Origin: Candidatus Thorarchaeota archaeon
GTDB taxonomy: Archaea > Asgardarchaeota > Thorarchaeia > Thorarchaeales > Thorarchaeaceae
Length of the DNA: 64,000 bases
Reading direction: 5' to 3'
Assembly (NCBI GenBank): GCA_016839445.1
Contig: JAEOUG010000039.1
Span: 2,933-66,932, forward strand
The position numbers and the translations under genes are program-made. The notes beneath the pieces were generated by a model. The model was given only the letters and a program-made list of their open reading frames with translations. It made no database searches and was not told where the DNA came from. Positions 56,174-64,000 of this stretch are shown here, one piece after another. Each line of letters opens with the position of its first letter. Within the stretch, counting starts at the first letter, position 1.

Positions 56174-57379
56174 CTATCCTCGCCTCCTAAGGAAGATGGT
56201 AGCTGTCACCAGCAAGGCCACGCCGAGGATGCCTCCTCCAAGAACGAAGAGGAGTGGGTTCCATCCGCCTTGCGTGGAGGCAACAACACTGACAAACACT
56301 GTGTCGACGACAATCCCTCCTTCCGGCCCAGGATTGGCAAACCTCAGCGTCATGTTGTACACGCCGGGAGACATGTTATCAACTGACGCCATGATGTATT
56401 GGTCCTCCTCTGAAGTGATGGTCAGAGTATCGGTGATCATAACTGCACCATCCCTATAGACAGTGTAATCTAGCTCGTATCCGATAATCCCGTAGCCGCC
56501 CCAGAAGGACAAGAACCATTGAATCTGCTGTCCGACCTGGCCCGATACGAAGGTGAAGTCTGCGGGATGAGAGACCCCGATGTTGTGAATTTGTGGTATT
56601 CCATTCGTGTAGGGGAAGGGACCGAAGAACCCATCACCATAGTCTCCTGGTACGTAGTCACCGGGCAAGTCAATGAATGGACCCGCGAATAGACTCAGGT
56701 CGACGCTATATGCCCGAATTCTCCAGTAGTAATCCCTCTCAAGGAAGCCAGAGGAGTTCCAGAGATACCAACTCATTGTGAGATTGCGGGCCAGCCTGTT
56801 GTAGGACACGCCGTCGTCAGCGCTCAGCCAGACCTCATAGAAATGGGTATCATCCTGATTCTGATCAGCACAGGTCCATGTGACATTGTAGAGGCCCTCC
56901 GATACTTCATCTGGCTCATGGACCTCGACCACAGGCACGAAGAAGTTACCCAGGAACACGTCTTCGTAGATCGCTGAAGTGGTCTGGTCCAGACTGTCAG
57001 TGGTTGAGACCTCCAAAGAGTAGGACCCGTTCGCCGCCAGGGTGTATGTATCCAAACTGACTGTGGAAGAGAGGGCAGATGTGTTCAGGTTGCCACCCAC
57101 AATCGTTATGCTAGTGTTGAAGGGCTCAACGAATCCTGCCTTCCCAAGGAATTTGGCATTCAGCACAAGATGGTCGCCCTCAAGATAGGATCCGTTGACA
57201 ACTAGTCCTGGCGTGCTCATCCCCCTGGAGGTCCATGTGAGATTGAATTCGGCGCCATCCTGCGCGAGAGGATTCGCTGCCTCCTGCGGCATGACACAGA
57301 TTCCGAAGTCCAGAGAGGGGGCCCCTCCTAGAGCCACGAGCAGAAGTGCTAGACTAATCGCTACCAATCGTTTTACCAC
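56174..57379 (-). CDS. Secreted, C-terminally membrane-anchored protein sharing a ~120-aa module with subtilase 1
   Basis: 401 aa with a signal peptide MVKRLVAISLALLLVALGG. GNFFVPVVEVHEPDEVSEGLYNVTWTCADQNQDDTHFYEVWLSADDGVSYNRLARNL... aligns by eye to subtilase 1. It ends in a C-terminal TM helix plus RRRG. Confidence 0.75.
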   Translation of the reverse strand: MVKRLVAISLALLLVALGGAPSLDFGICVMPQEAANPLAQDGAEFNLTWTSRGMSTPGLVVNGSYLEGDHLVLNAKFLGKAGFVEPFNTSITIVGGNLNTSALSSTVSLDTYTLAANGSYSLEVSTTDSLDQTTSAIYEDVFLGNFFVPVVEVHEPDEVSEGLYNVTWTCADQNQDDTHFYEVWLSADDGVSYNRLARNLTMSWYLWNSSGFLERDYYWRIRAYSVDLSLFAGPFIDLPGDYVPGDYGDGFFGPFPYTNGIPQIHNIGVSHPADFTFVSGQVGQQIQWFLSFWGGYGIIGYELDYTVYRDGAVMITDTLTITSEEDQYIMASVDNMSPGVYNMTLRFANPGPEGGIVVDTVFVSVVASTQGGWNPLLFVLGGGILGVALLVTATIFLRRRG

Positions 57380-57453
57380 GATTCTTTCCCCACATAATCA
57401 TGTCAAGGAAATGATATGATTCTAATTCTTGAACCCATCATCTAAGCATTGTT

Positions 57454-58293
57454 CTACTTCTTGTTGACTATCACATGACCACAATAGGGGCAGGTCTCTT
57501 CCTCGCCGGGGAGAACAGGAGCCTCCAGCTTTCCTGAGCAGTTGGGACACTCTGTCACAGCCTTCTGCAGCTGCGCAACTGCTTCTTGTGTGTAGATGAC
57601 GCGTGAGTTCACGTCGATAACGCCGCGGAACTTGCCTGCCTTCGAGAGCTCCTTCATGGTGTCTATGATTTGCTCATCTGTGGACTCTGTGACATTGGCA
57701 ATCTGGTCGAATGTCATTCGCCTCTGCGCATAGAGAAGGTGTAGAATGCTCTCTTTGAGGGACACTGCTTTCGGGCTCACTATCTCGTTGGCTCTTCGGT
57801 CGAGGTACACAAGAGGGAGCCTGCGCTTCGCCAGCTCTTCTGCGGCATCAGCGACATGGATGGGTGTGACGCCAAGCTCCCGAGCCGCATCTTGAAGAGT
57901 GATCCGTCCCTCCTTCTGGACAAGAGGAATGAGCCGCCCGGAAACATCATGAATCCGGCTCTCCCGGGAGCCTTTGGCAATGAGCCAGAGGCCGACTATC
58001 AGCTCGGGCATCGCGAGTATTGCCCAAGAGACCATCCCTGAAGAGATGAGGACCACAATATCAGTACTTCCTGTGGTCATGGTGGCTTGGCACACTATGA
58101 GTGTCATTGCGACGCTGACAATCAGCAGAATCAGACCAAGTATCTGTGCGATACGCGGATGCAATCTCTCTCTCCTCACCGACGGAGCATCCCCAACACC
58201 AATTATAGATTTGCATCCTCGCCGTGGCTGTCTAGATGGGGTGCTACGACTCTCAACCCTCGAAATTGGTGACTCTCTTCGCCTTTCGGGCAT
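57454..58293 (-). CDS. Membrane protein with two winged-helix-like domains and a C-terminal zinc ribbon
   Basis: 279 aa with a basic N-terminus and about 3 TM helices. The WH-like segments are GRITLQDAARELGVTPIHVADAAEELAKRRLPLVYLD and RMTFDQIANVTESTDEQIIDTMKELSKAGKFRGVIDVNSRVIYT. The ribbon is CPNC...CPYC. Confidence 0.6.
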   Translation of the reverse strand: MPERRRESPISRVESRSTPSRQPRRGCKSIIGVGDAPSVRRERLHPRIAQILGLILLIVSVAMTLIVCQATMTTGSTDIVVLISSGMVSWAILAMPELIVGLWLIAKGSRESRIHDVSGRLIPLVQKEGRITLQDAARELGVTPIHVADAAEELAKRRLPLVYLDRRANEIVSPKAVSLKESILHLLYAQRRMTFDQIANVTESTDEQIIDTMKELSKAGKFRGVIDVNSRVIYTQEAVAQLQKAVTECPNCSGKLEAPVLPGEEETCPYCGHVIVNKK

Positions 58294-58366
58294 TTACGCA
58301 AGAACTTTTAATAAGCAAGAACGTATCAGAGCGATGTACTGACACCTGAAGGACGTGTAAAATCGG

Positions 58367-58780
58367 ATGATAGACAAAGAGGGCGCCACGAGTGCCATTA
58401 TCCTTCGGCTGACAGCCGGGCAGCCAGTCGAATTTCCGGCCGAGTTTGTGTCTGACATCGGGGAGAAAGCGGCATTGACTGTCCTCCACCACAAGGACAA
58501 GGTCGTAAAGCTCTTTCCTGTGGCCAGTGAAGACATCTACCTTCTGCGTATCGAGATCAGTGATCTGTCACGCAACTTCCTGAAGCAGCTGAACTTCGCG
58601 TTCAATGACGCCAAGCTCAGCGACATCATCTTCACTACTGGTGTGTGCCTCAGAGGCGAGCGTTGCTACTACGAGTGCTACTTCATTCCTGATCAACTCG
58701 TTGTAACGCTGAACGAGCTCGAAGAGAGCCTGAAGAAGATTCCTGGAGTATCCAGAGTCGTTCTCAGGAAGGTAGCCTGA
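58367..58780 (+). CDS. Hypothetical protein (possible AbrB-like N-terminus plus ACT-like C-terminus)
   Basis: 137-aa ORF. The domain guess rests on the secondary-structure pattern only. Confidence 0.45.
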   Translation: MIDKEGATSAIILRLTAGQPVEFPAEFVSDIGEKAALTVLHHKDKVVKLFPVASEDIYLLRIEISDLSRNFLKQLNFAFNDAKLSDIIFTTGVCLRGERCYYECYFIPDQLVVTLNELEESLKKIPGVSRVVLRKVA

Positions 58781-58904
58781 GAGTCCTGAAGGTCTATCCC
58801 GATCAGACTCGTCCACGACGAACGATTGAGAGCCTTGGGCTACTGCCCGAGGCTCACTATTCTCTTTTCCAGTACTCCTCTATCACTCTAGCGAGGAGCA
58901 GGAC

Positions 58905-59738
58905 CTATCCAAGTTCGAGCCCGTCAGGACGCAATTCTCGGTAGTGCTTCCGATTCTCTGGAATGTATGCATCGAGGAAGACATTCAGAATCTGCTCCGC
59001 GTCCCGTTCGATGCCGTATGTCTCGAAGTAGCTCAGAACGTTCCCAATGTCTCTCCGCAGTATCAGCTCCACTCGGTTCATGTCACTGTGGACACCAACA
59101 GTCTCGCCCTGCGGGACGTCAATAATCCAGGGTCGCTCTTGCCACCAGAGGATGTTGTAGCCACTTAGGTCACCGTGCACGTAGTGGGCATCCCTGTACA
59201 TCTTCAGATACTCATCCAGTATTGTGTTGAGAACTGAATCCGGATTCTCGAGGTTCACCTCTCGGAGCTGGGGAGCTGGTTCCTCTCCGTCCCCTATGAA
59301 GCGCATTGTGAGGTAGTTGGCCACACGCCCTATGGGGGTTGGGACTGCAACACCGGCTCTGAAGCAAGCCTGCAGAGTATCGAACTCCTGGACGGTAATG
59401 TCTTCAATGAGGCCCAGAATGAACCGGGTTCTCTTCTTGCTCGCCTTCCTCACGTATCCCTTCTGCTGGGAGATGGAGTGGGGAGTCTGCCATAGCCTGT
59501 AGACCTTGAGGATGATGGAGTGTTCCTTCCATTTGGCCAAGAAGATTGATGCCTCCTTCCCTGCGCTCATTGGATAGATCACATCGCTGACCAACCCGTA
59601 GTTGATAGCGTCAGTCCGTATGGAGGCGTATCTCGGCTCCTCCATCATGAGCTTGCCACATGACCCTCCTCGCAGCTCGTCACGCTTCCTCTCAACCGCC
59701 CCTGACTTGAGGGGGTTGAACTTGTCAACTCTACTCAA
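58905..59738 (-). CDS. RIO-type serine/threonine protein kinase (Rio1-like), copy 1
   Basis: Contains AGKEASIFLAKW, IILKVYR, YVHGDLSGYNILWW and IIDVPQ. The TTG start at 59738 is supported because similarity to copy 2 begins at the very first residues (SRVDKFNPLK vs PVEKLNPRK). Confidence 0.85.
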   Translation of the reverse strand: MSRVDKFNPLKSGAVERKRDELRGGSCGKLMMEEPRYASIRTDAINYGLVSDVIYPMSAGKEASIFLAKWKEHSIILKVYRLWQTPHSISQQKGYVRKASKKRTRFILGLIEDITVQEFDTLQACFRAGVAVPTPIGRVANYLTMRFIGDGEEPAPQLREVNLENPDSVLNTILDEYLKMYRDAHYVHGDLSGYNILWWQERPWIIDVPQGETVGVHSDMNRVELILRRDIGNVLSYFETYGIERDAEQILNVFLDAYIPENRKHYRELRPDGLELG

Positions 59739-60543
59739 GAGTCACACCCCTCGGCAGCACTGAGACTTGCTCATCGTAGTTGCGCATGTTTTCAGGCACA
59801 TACTCTGAGAGAAAGACGTCCACAATCTCGTCTGGATCTCTCTTGATGCCGTACCTCTTGAAGTAACTGAGGACATTCCCTATGTCTCTTCTGAGGAGTG
59901 ACACAACTTGATCCATTTCACACCATGGGCCGGCCTCATACGCTTGAGGAACATCTATGATCCAGGGGCGATTCTCCCACCAGAGGATGTTGTAGGCGCT
60001 GAGGTCGCCATGAACGTAGTGGACAGTTGCATACATCAGTAGGTACTGGTCAAGTATCTGATACAACACCAGTTCTGGGTCCTCAAGGTGCACATTCCTG
60101 AGCTGGGGAGCAGGCCGGTCATTCCCGATGTAGCGCATTGAGAGCATGGTGCCCACTCTGCCTATCGGTGTTGGGACCGACATTCCGGCTTTGAAGCACG
60201 CCATCAGCAGGTCGTATTCCTTCGCTGCGAGAACCTGCATCTTGCCGGGGGCAAAGAAGCCCTTCTTCTTCACAGCCTGAGCCGTCTGCCACAGCCGGTA
60301 CACCTTCAGTATGATGGGGTGCCCCTTCCACTGTGCCCGGAAAATGGAGGCCTCCTTCCCTGCATTCATCTGATACTCGACTTCTGTAGCCAGGCCAAAA
60401 CTGACGGCGTCACGGCGGACCTCATCAAGAGTGATCTCACTGATTTCCACCTCTTTGCCCCAGCGGCCATCGGTCTCACCATGTCTCTTCTGTGTGATTG
60501 CAGAGGGCTTCCGCGGATTGAGCTTCTCGACTGGTCCACCCAT
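59731..60543 (-). CDS. RIO-type serine/threonine protein kinase (Rio1-like), copy 2
   Basis: Contains AGKEASIFRAQW, IILKVYR, YVHGDLSAYNILWW and IIDVPQA. It overlaps copy 1 by 8 nt. Confidence 0.88.
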   Translation of the reverse strand: MGGPVEKLNPRKPSAITQKRHGETDGRWGKEVEISEITLDEVRRDAVSFGLATEVEYQMNAGKEASIFRAQWKGHPIILKVYRLWQTAQAVKKKGFFAPGKMQVLAAKEYDLLMACFKAGMSVPTPIGRVGTMLSMRYIGNDRPAPQLRNVHLEDPELVLYQILDQYLLMYATVHYVHGDLSAYNILWWENRPWIIDVPQAYEAGPWCEMDQVVSLLRRDIGNVLSYFKRYGIKRDPDEIVDVFLSEYVPENMRNYDEQVSVLPRGVTLE

Positions 60544-61035
60544 TCATACCACCTCAGTGCGTGTGAGACCAGAGCCGAGTGAAATCCCTAGATTGCACTC
60601 ATCGGTGTGGGCGCTGCACTCTGTGATCTCGGACACCTTACACTGACTGCCCACGTCCTCTGCTACGTGTTCGACACCGCGGTGGCCTCTTCCAGAAGCC
60701 ACTATTCGTTGAGTCTGTTTGTTCAACTCTTGATTCACTCTCGTTGTTGAGATCCACGCATCATACGTCTGTGGCCCAGTAACATTAGAAGAAACAGAAT
60801 CCTACAGCTCACGTCGTGCCTCGGGGTCCACGACATACACGATGCGTGGAATGAATGAAGTGCACACAGAAGCAGCAGAAGCCTATCAGGCTTCATCGAC
60901 GTAGGTGCAGGTATCCTGTGCAGCAATAGGTGTGTAGACAATCATTGATACATTCGCACCTCCGTTCGCGTTCGATTACCCGGAACCGCACGGCAGTCGT
61001 ATATAGGATTATCGGTGTCAGCGAGATTCGGGCAA

Positions 61036-62445
61036 TCAGGTGGCTTCTGGGACTTCCTCTTCGGCGGCCTTGGAGATCTTCAACGGGTGCGTTTCCTCGA
61101 CATACTTCCAGAGAAGTGCAGCTCCTATCAGGCCAAGGAACGATGCAAGCCAGAATGGAAGGACTAGCCCCTCCACAGCAAAGGGTCCGACTGTGAACAC
61201 CATGAGTGAGAAGTACCCATAGATCAGCCCTCCGGCGAGTGGACCCACTGTGGCTCCTGCGTTGAAGAAGGCCTGTATGGTTCCGAACAACTTCCCTCTC
61301 AGCTTCCAAGGCACGATGTCTGCCTGTATGGCCCGGAGGGCAGGTTGAGAGGATGACATGGCCGCTGACTGGGCAACCCAGACAACGCTAGTCTGCACCA
61401 AATCTCGGGTCAGAGGCAGGGCGGCAAGCGAACCTCGAGCGGCCACAGCGCCCCAGACTGCCAAGCCTTTGCGTCCTCTTCTATCTGCCACACGACCTGC
61501 AGGGATGGAGAAGAGCATGCCAACTGCCCCGGCACCTGAAATGACGAGGCCAATCAGTCCAATGTCAGTGGTAATCTTGCTCATGAGGAAGAGCTGGAAT
61601 ATAGGTTGACCGAGACCCATGGCCAAGCCGTTGAACATCGCCATGACGTAGAGGGCATAGATCATCTTCCTTCTCTTCGGTGAGAGTGCCTCCTGAATCA
61701 CAAGCGGCTCTACCTCAGGAGGAGTGTGTTCCTCATCAGATGTCCTCTCATCTTCGCGATGCATCTTGCCGGGAGCGGTCTCTCTGAGGATAATCGCAGT
61801 GAGAATAACTGCAGGGAGAGTGATTAGAGCCCCAATGAAGTATGGTACTCTGAAGACATCGGGAACTGAAAGCAGGAGTATGTCTCTGCAGTAGTTGTAG
61901 AGCAGCCCTCCGACACCAGGACCCAGCACAAAGCCAACATTCGATACAACCATGTAGAGTCCTAGGCCTTCTCCCCGGCGCTCAATCCCGACAATGTCCA
62001 TGAGAGCTGCCTCTGCGGTGGGCCAGACCATAGCAGACACCACTCCCTGTAATGCACGTGCAAGTAGCATGTGAATCCAGTTCTGAGCTAGGCCGAAGAG
62101 CACCAAGAGCACAACGTATCCAAGAAGTCCGACCATGATGATAGGTTTCCTGCCCATGGTGTCAGACTTCCCGCCCCAGTATCTTGCGAGCAGGGTTCGC
62201 GTGGCCATAAAAGACGCCATCATCACTCCTAGGATGAGCGAGAACTGGGCGACGACCTCTTCTGGAACTATGTACCCAGGCCCTGGGGGCTGGGTCAGAC
62301 CCCCTTCTAGCGCGATGAGGTAGTACGCCATGGAGGGAGCAACGATCCCGAAGCCGAGCATAATCAGCATGGCATCAATAGCGAGTATCATGACCCGCGG
62401 GTTGGTGTATAGACTGCCACTGCCGAGAGCTTCGGGTTCAGACAA
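61036..62445 (-). CDS. MFS transporter
   Basis: 469 aa with about 12-14 TM helices. Motif-A-like loops are GGKSDTMGRKP and GRVADRRGRKG. Confidence 0.85.
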   Translation of the reverse strand: MSEPEALGSGSLYTNPRVMILAIDAMLIMLGFGIVAPSMAYYLIALEGGLTQPPGPGYIVPEEVVAQFSLILGVMMASFMATRTLLARYWGGKSDTMGRKPIIMVGLLGYVVLLVLFGLAQNWIHMLLARALQGVVSAMVWPTAEAALMDIVGIERRGEGLGLYMVVSNVGFVLGPGVGGLLYNYCRDILLLSVPDVFRVPYFIGALITLPAVILTAIILRETAPGKMHREDERTSDEEHTPPEVEPLVIQEALSPKRRKMIYALYVMAMFNGLAMGLGQPIFQLFLMSKITTDIGLIGLVISGAGAVGMLFSIPAGRVADRRGRKGLAVWGAVAARGSLAALPLTRDLVQTSVVWVAQSAAMSSSQPALRAIQADIVPWKLRGKLFGTIQAFFNAGATVGPLAGGLIYGYFSLMVFTVGPFAVEGLVLPFWLASFLGLIGAALLWKYVEETHPLKISKAAEEEVPEAT

Positions 62446-62591
62446 AGGAAATCACAGTTCGGGTCCGAATCTCGCGTCACTAATATACGTGCGGATGTAA
62501 ACACAGAAGGATTTATCATCATAACAACTCGCCGTCGGATGGTTTCTTCGCTGAGATGAAGGACTAGCACACCGAACCGGTGAACAAGAAA

Positions 62592-64000
62592 ATGGCCAAT
62601 CCGCTGAATCCCCTGATCGTCCAATCAGACAAGTCCGTTCTGCTGGAAGTTGATAACGAGAGGTACGAGGACGCAAGAGACTCACTGGCCAGATTCGCCG
62701 AGCTTGTGAAGAGCCCAGAGTACGTCCACACCTATCGGATCACTCCCCTCAGCCTCTGGAATGCAGCCGCAATGGGAATGACTCCGAACGAGGTTATCAG
62801 TGCCCTTGAGGAGTTCGCCAAGTACCCCATTCCCAGCAACATTGCGCGAGAGATTGTAGACTACATGTCCAGATACGGGCAGATCTCTCTATACAAGGAA
62901 GACCTCGACCTTGTTCTCATCTGTGAGGACGAGGACCTAGCGGAGGAGATCTGGGCACACAAGAAGATTCAGGAGTTCATCATCGAGAGAATCGACGAAG
63001 TCACCTTCAGAGTAGACGAGTCCAAGCGTGGCTTCCTGAAGCATGCCCTGATAGAGATAGGCCATCCAGTTGAGGATGTTGCAGGCTATGTGGAAGGAGA
63101 GCACCTACCCTTCGAGATGCGAGATACTACACTTGAGAGGAAGCATTGGGGTCTCCGCGACTACCAGAAGGATGCCGTGGCCATATTCTATGCCGGCGGT
63201 GGAGAGAGAGGAGGCTCAGGAGTGGTGGTCCTTCCATGTGGAGCCGGCAAGACAATGGTCGGGATTGGAGTCATGAACGAACTTCAGACCTCCACTCTGA
63301 TCCTCTGTCCGAATGTTATTGCGGTTAGGCAATGGATTGCCGAGCTTCTCGACAAGACTACTCTCACGCCTGAGCAGATTGGTGAATATACAGGCGACGA
63401 GAAGGTCATACGTCCGGTCACCGTGGCCACCTACCAGATACTCACATTCAGGAGATCAAGAGAGGGAGAGTTTGAGCACTTCAAGCTCTTCGAGGCCAGG
63501 AACTGGGGCCTTATCATCTACGACGAGGTTCACCTGCTGCCTGCGCCTGTCTTCCGCGTCACAGCGGTCATCCAAGCCACACGCAGACTGGGGCTAACCG
63601 CCACCCTAGTCAGAGAGGACGAACGTGAAGAAGACGTCTTCAGCCTGATTGGTCCAAAGAGATTCGATATGCCATGGAAGATGTTAGAAGACCAAGGATG
63701 GATTGCTACTGCGATATGCTATGAGATCAGACTTGAGCTTCCAGACAACATGAGACGCCAGTACGCGGTGGCCGAAGATCGGAAAAAGTACAGGATTGCC
63801 GCGGAGAATCCACGCAAGATTGAGATCATCAAGCAAATCCTGGAACATCACAAAGAAGACAACGTGCTTGTCATCGGGATGTACCTGGACCAACTGAAGG
63901 AGATCACACAAGAAGTGGACGCACCTCTCATCACCGGGAAGACCCCAAACGATGAGAGGCAGAGACTGTATGAGGCCTTCAGATTGGGCAAAGTGAAGAC
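62592..64000 (+). CDS. xpb: XPB/Rad25 (ERCC3-like) SF2 DNA helicase, 3'-truncated by the window edge
   Basis: This ORF is absent from the ORF track because it runs off the window. My translation from ATG 62592 reads MANPLNPLIVQSDKSVLLEVDN...LRDYQKDAV...LPCGAGKT (Walker A)...IIYDEVHLLPA (DEVH)...GLTATLVRED... Confidence 0.88.
   Translation, partial: MANPLNPLIVQSDKSVLLEVDNERYEDARDSLARFAELVKSPEYVHTYRITPLSLWNAAAMGMTPNEVISALEEFAKYPIPSNIAREIVDYMSRYGQISLYKEDLDLVLICEDEDLAEEIWAHKKIQEFIIERIDEVTFRVDESKRGFLKHALIEIGHPVEDVAGYVEGEHLPFEMRDTTLERKHWGLRDYQKDAVAIFYAGGGERGGSGVVVLPCGAGKTMVGIGVMNELQTSTLILCPNVIAVRQWIAELLDKTTLTPEQIGEYTGDEKVIRPVTVATYQILTFRRSREGEFEHFKLFEARNWGLIIYDEVHLLPAPVFRVTAVIQATRRLGLTATLVREDEREEDVFSLIGPKRFDMPWKMLEDQGWIATAICYEIRLELPDNMRRQYAVAEDRKKYRIAAENPRKIEIIKQILEHHKEDNVLVIGMYLDQLKEITQEVDAPLITGKTPNDERQRLYEAFRLGKVK

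Noticed and set aside
60893-61309. A 138-aa ORF overlapping the 3' end of the MFS gene in another frame.
   Set aside because: It overlaps a well-supported transporter gene and has Arg/Cys-rich nonsense-like composition.
1-64000. I looked across the whole window for CRISPR arrays, tRNA/rRNA genes, transposases, integrases, toxin-antitoxin pairs and classic defence genes.
   Set aside because: I saw no direct-repeat/spacer arrays, no tRNA-like T-arm contexts in the intergenic gaps, and no recognisable mobile-element or defence-system proteins. The Sir2 protein has the full deacetylase zinc module and a housekeeping context. This absence is judged by eye only and should be confirmed with tRNAscan/Infernal and defence-system HMMs.

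Overview
All family calls here come from reading motifs by eye, because no similarity search could be run. The window looks like a densely packed archaeal chromosomal segment. The lineage cannot be resolved by eye, but the gene content resembles uncultured sediment archaea that degrade detrital protein. I call about 55 protein-coding genes on both strands. I found no rRNA, tRNA, CRISPR array, transposase or integrase. Recognisable content falls into four groups. (1) A bacterial-type grpE-dnaK-dnaJ operon (4.5-8.1 kb). (2) A strong proteolysis theme: four very large membrane-anchored S8 subtilases (12909-17717, 19813-22713, 23980-27159, 40810-43557), a TldD/PmbA pair, an M24 Xaa-Pro peptidase, an M29-like aminopeptidase and a HExxH metallopeptidase. 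(3) Housekeeping genes: Sir2, glyoxylate reductase-like dehydrogenase, nitroreductase, SerC plus DUF1015, a ClC channel, two MFS transporters, tandem UspA, tandem RIO kinases, a GTPBP1-like GTPase and a 3'-truncated XPB helicase. (4) Several blocks with no recognisable family. The most interesting locus is 50.0-56.2 kb. There a radical SAM/SPASM enzyme with an N-terminal PqqD-like peptide-recognition domain sits beside a 709-aa DUF2207-like membrane protein. The last 49 residues of that protein are a period-4 Cys/His repeat (ACHS)n. The same operon run continues into a metallophosphoesterase and a metallopeptidase whose frame is interrupted by an in-frame TAA. I read this as a candidate RiPP-like maturation system acting on a protein tail. 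Other leads are a TPR/longin-like protein coupled to the GTPase, very large insertions inside the subtilase catalytic domains, a module shared between subtilase 1 and a separate anchored protein, and a 411-bp ORF-free leader with interleaved inverted repeats.
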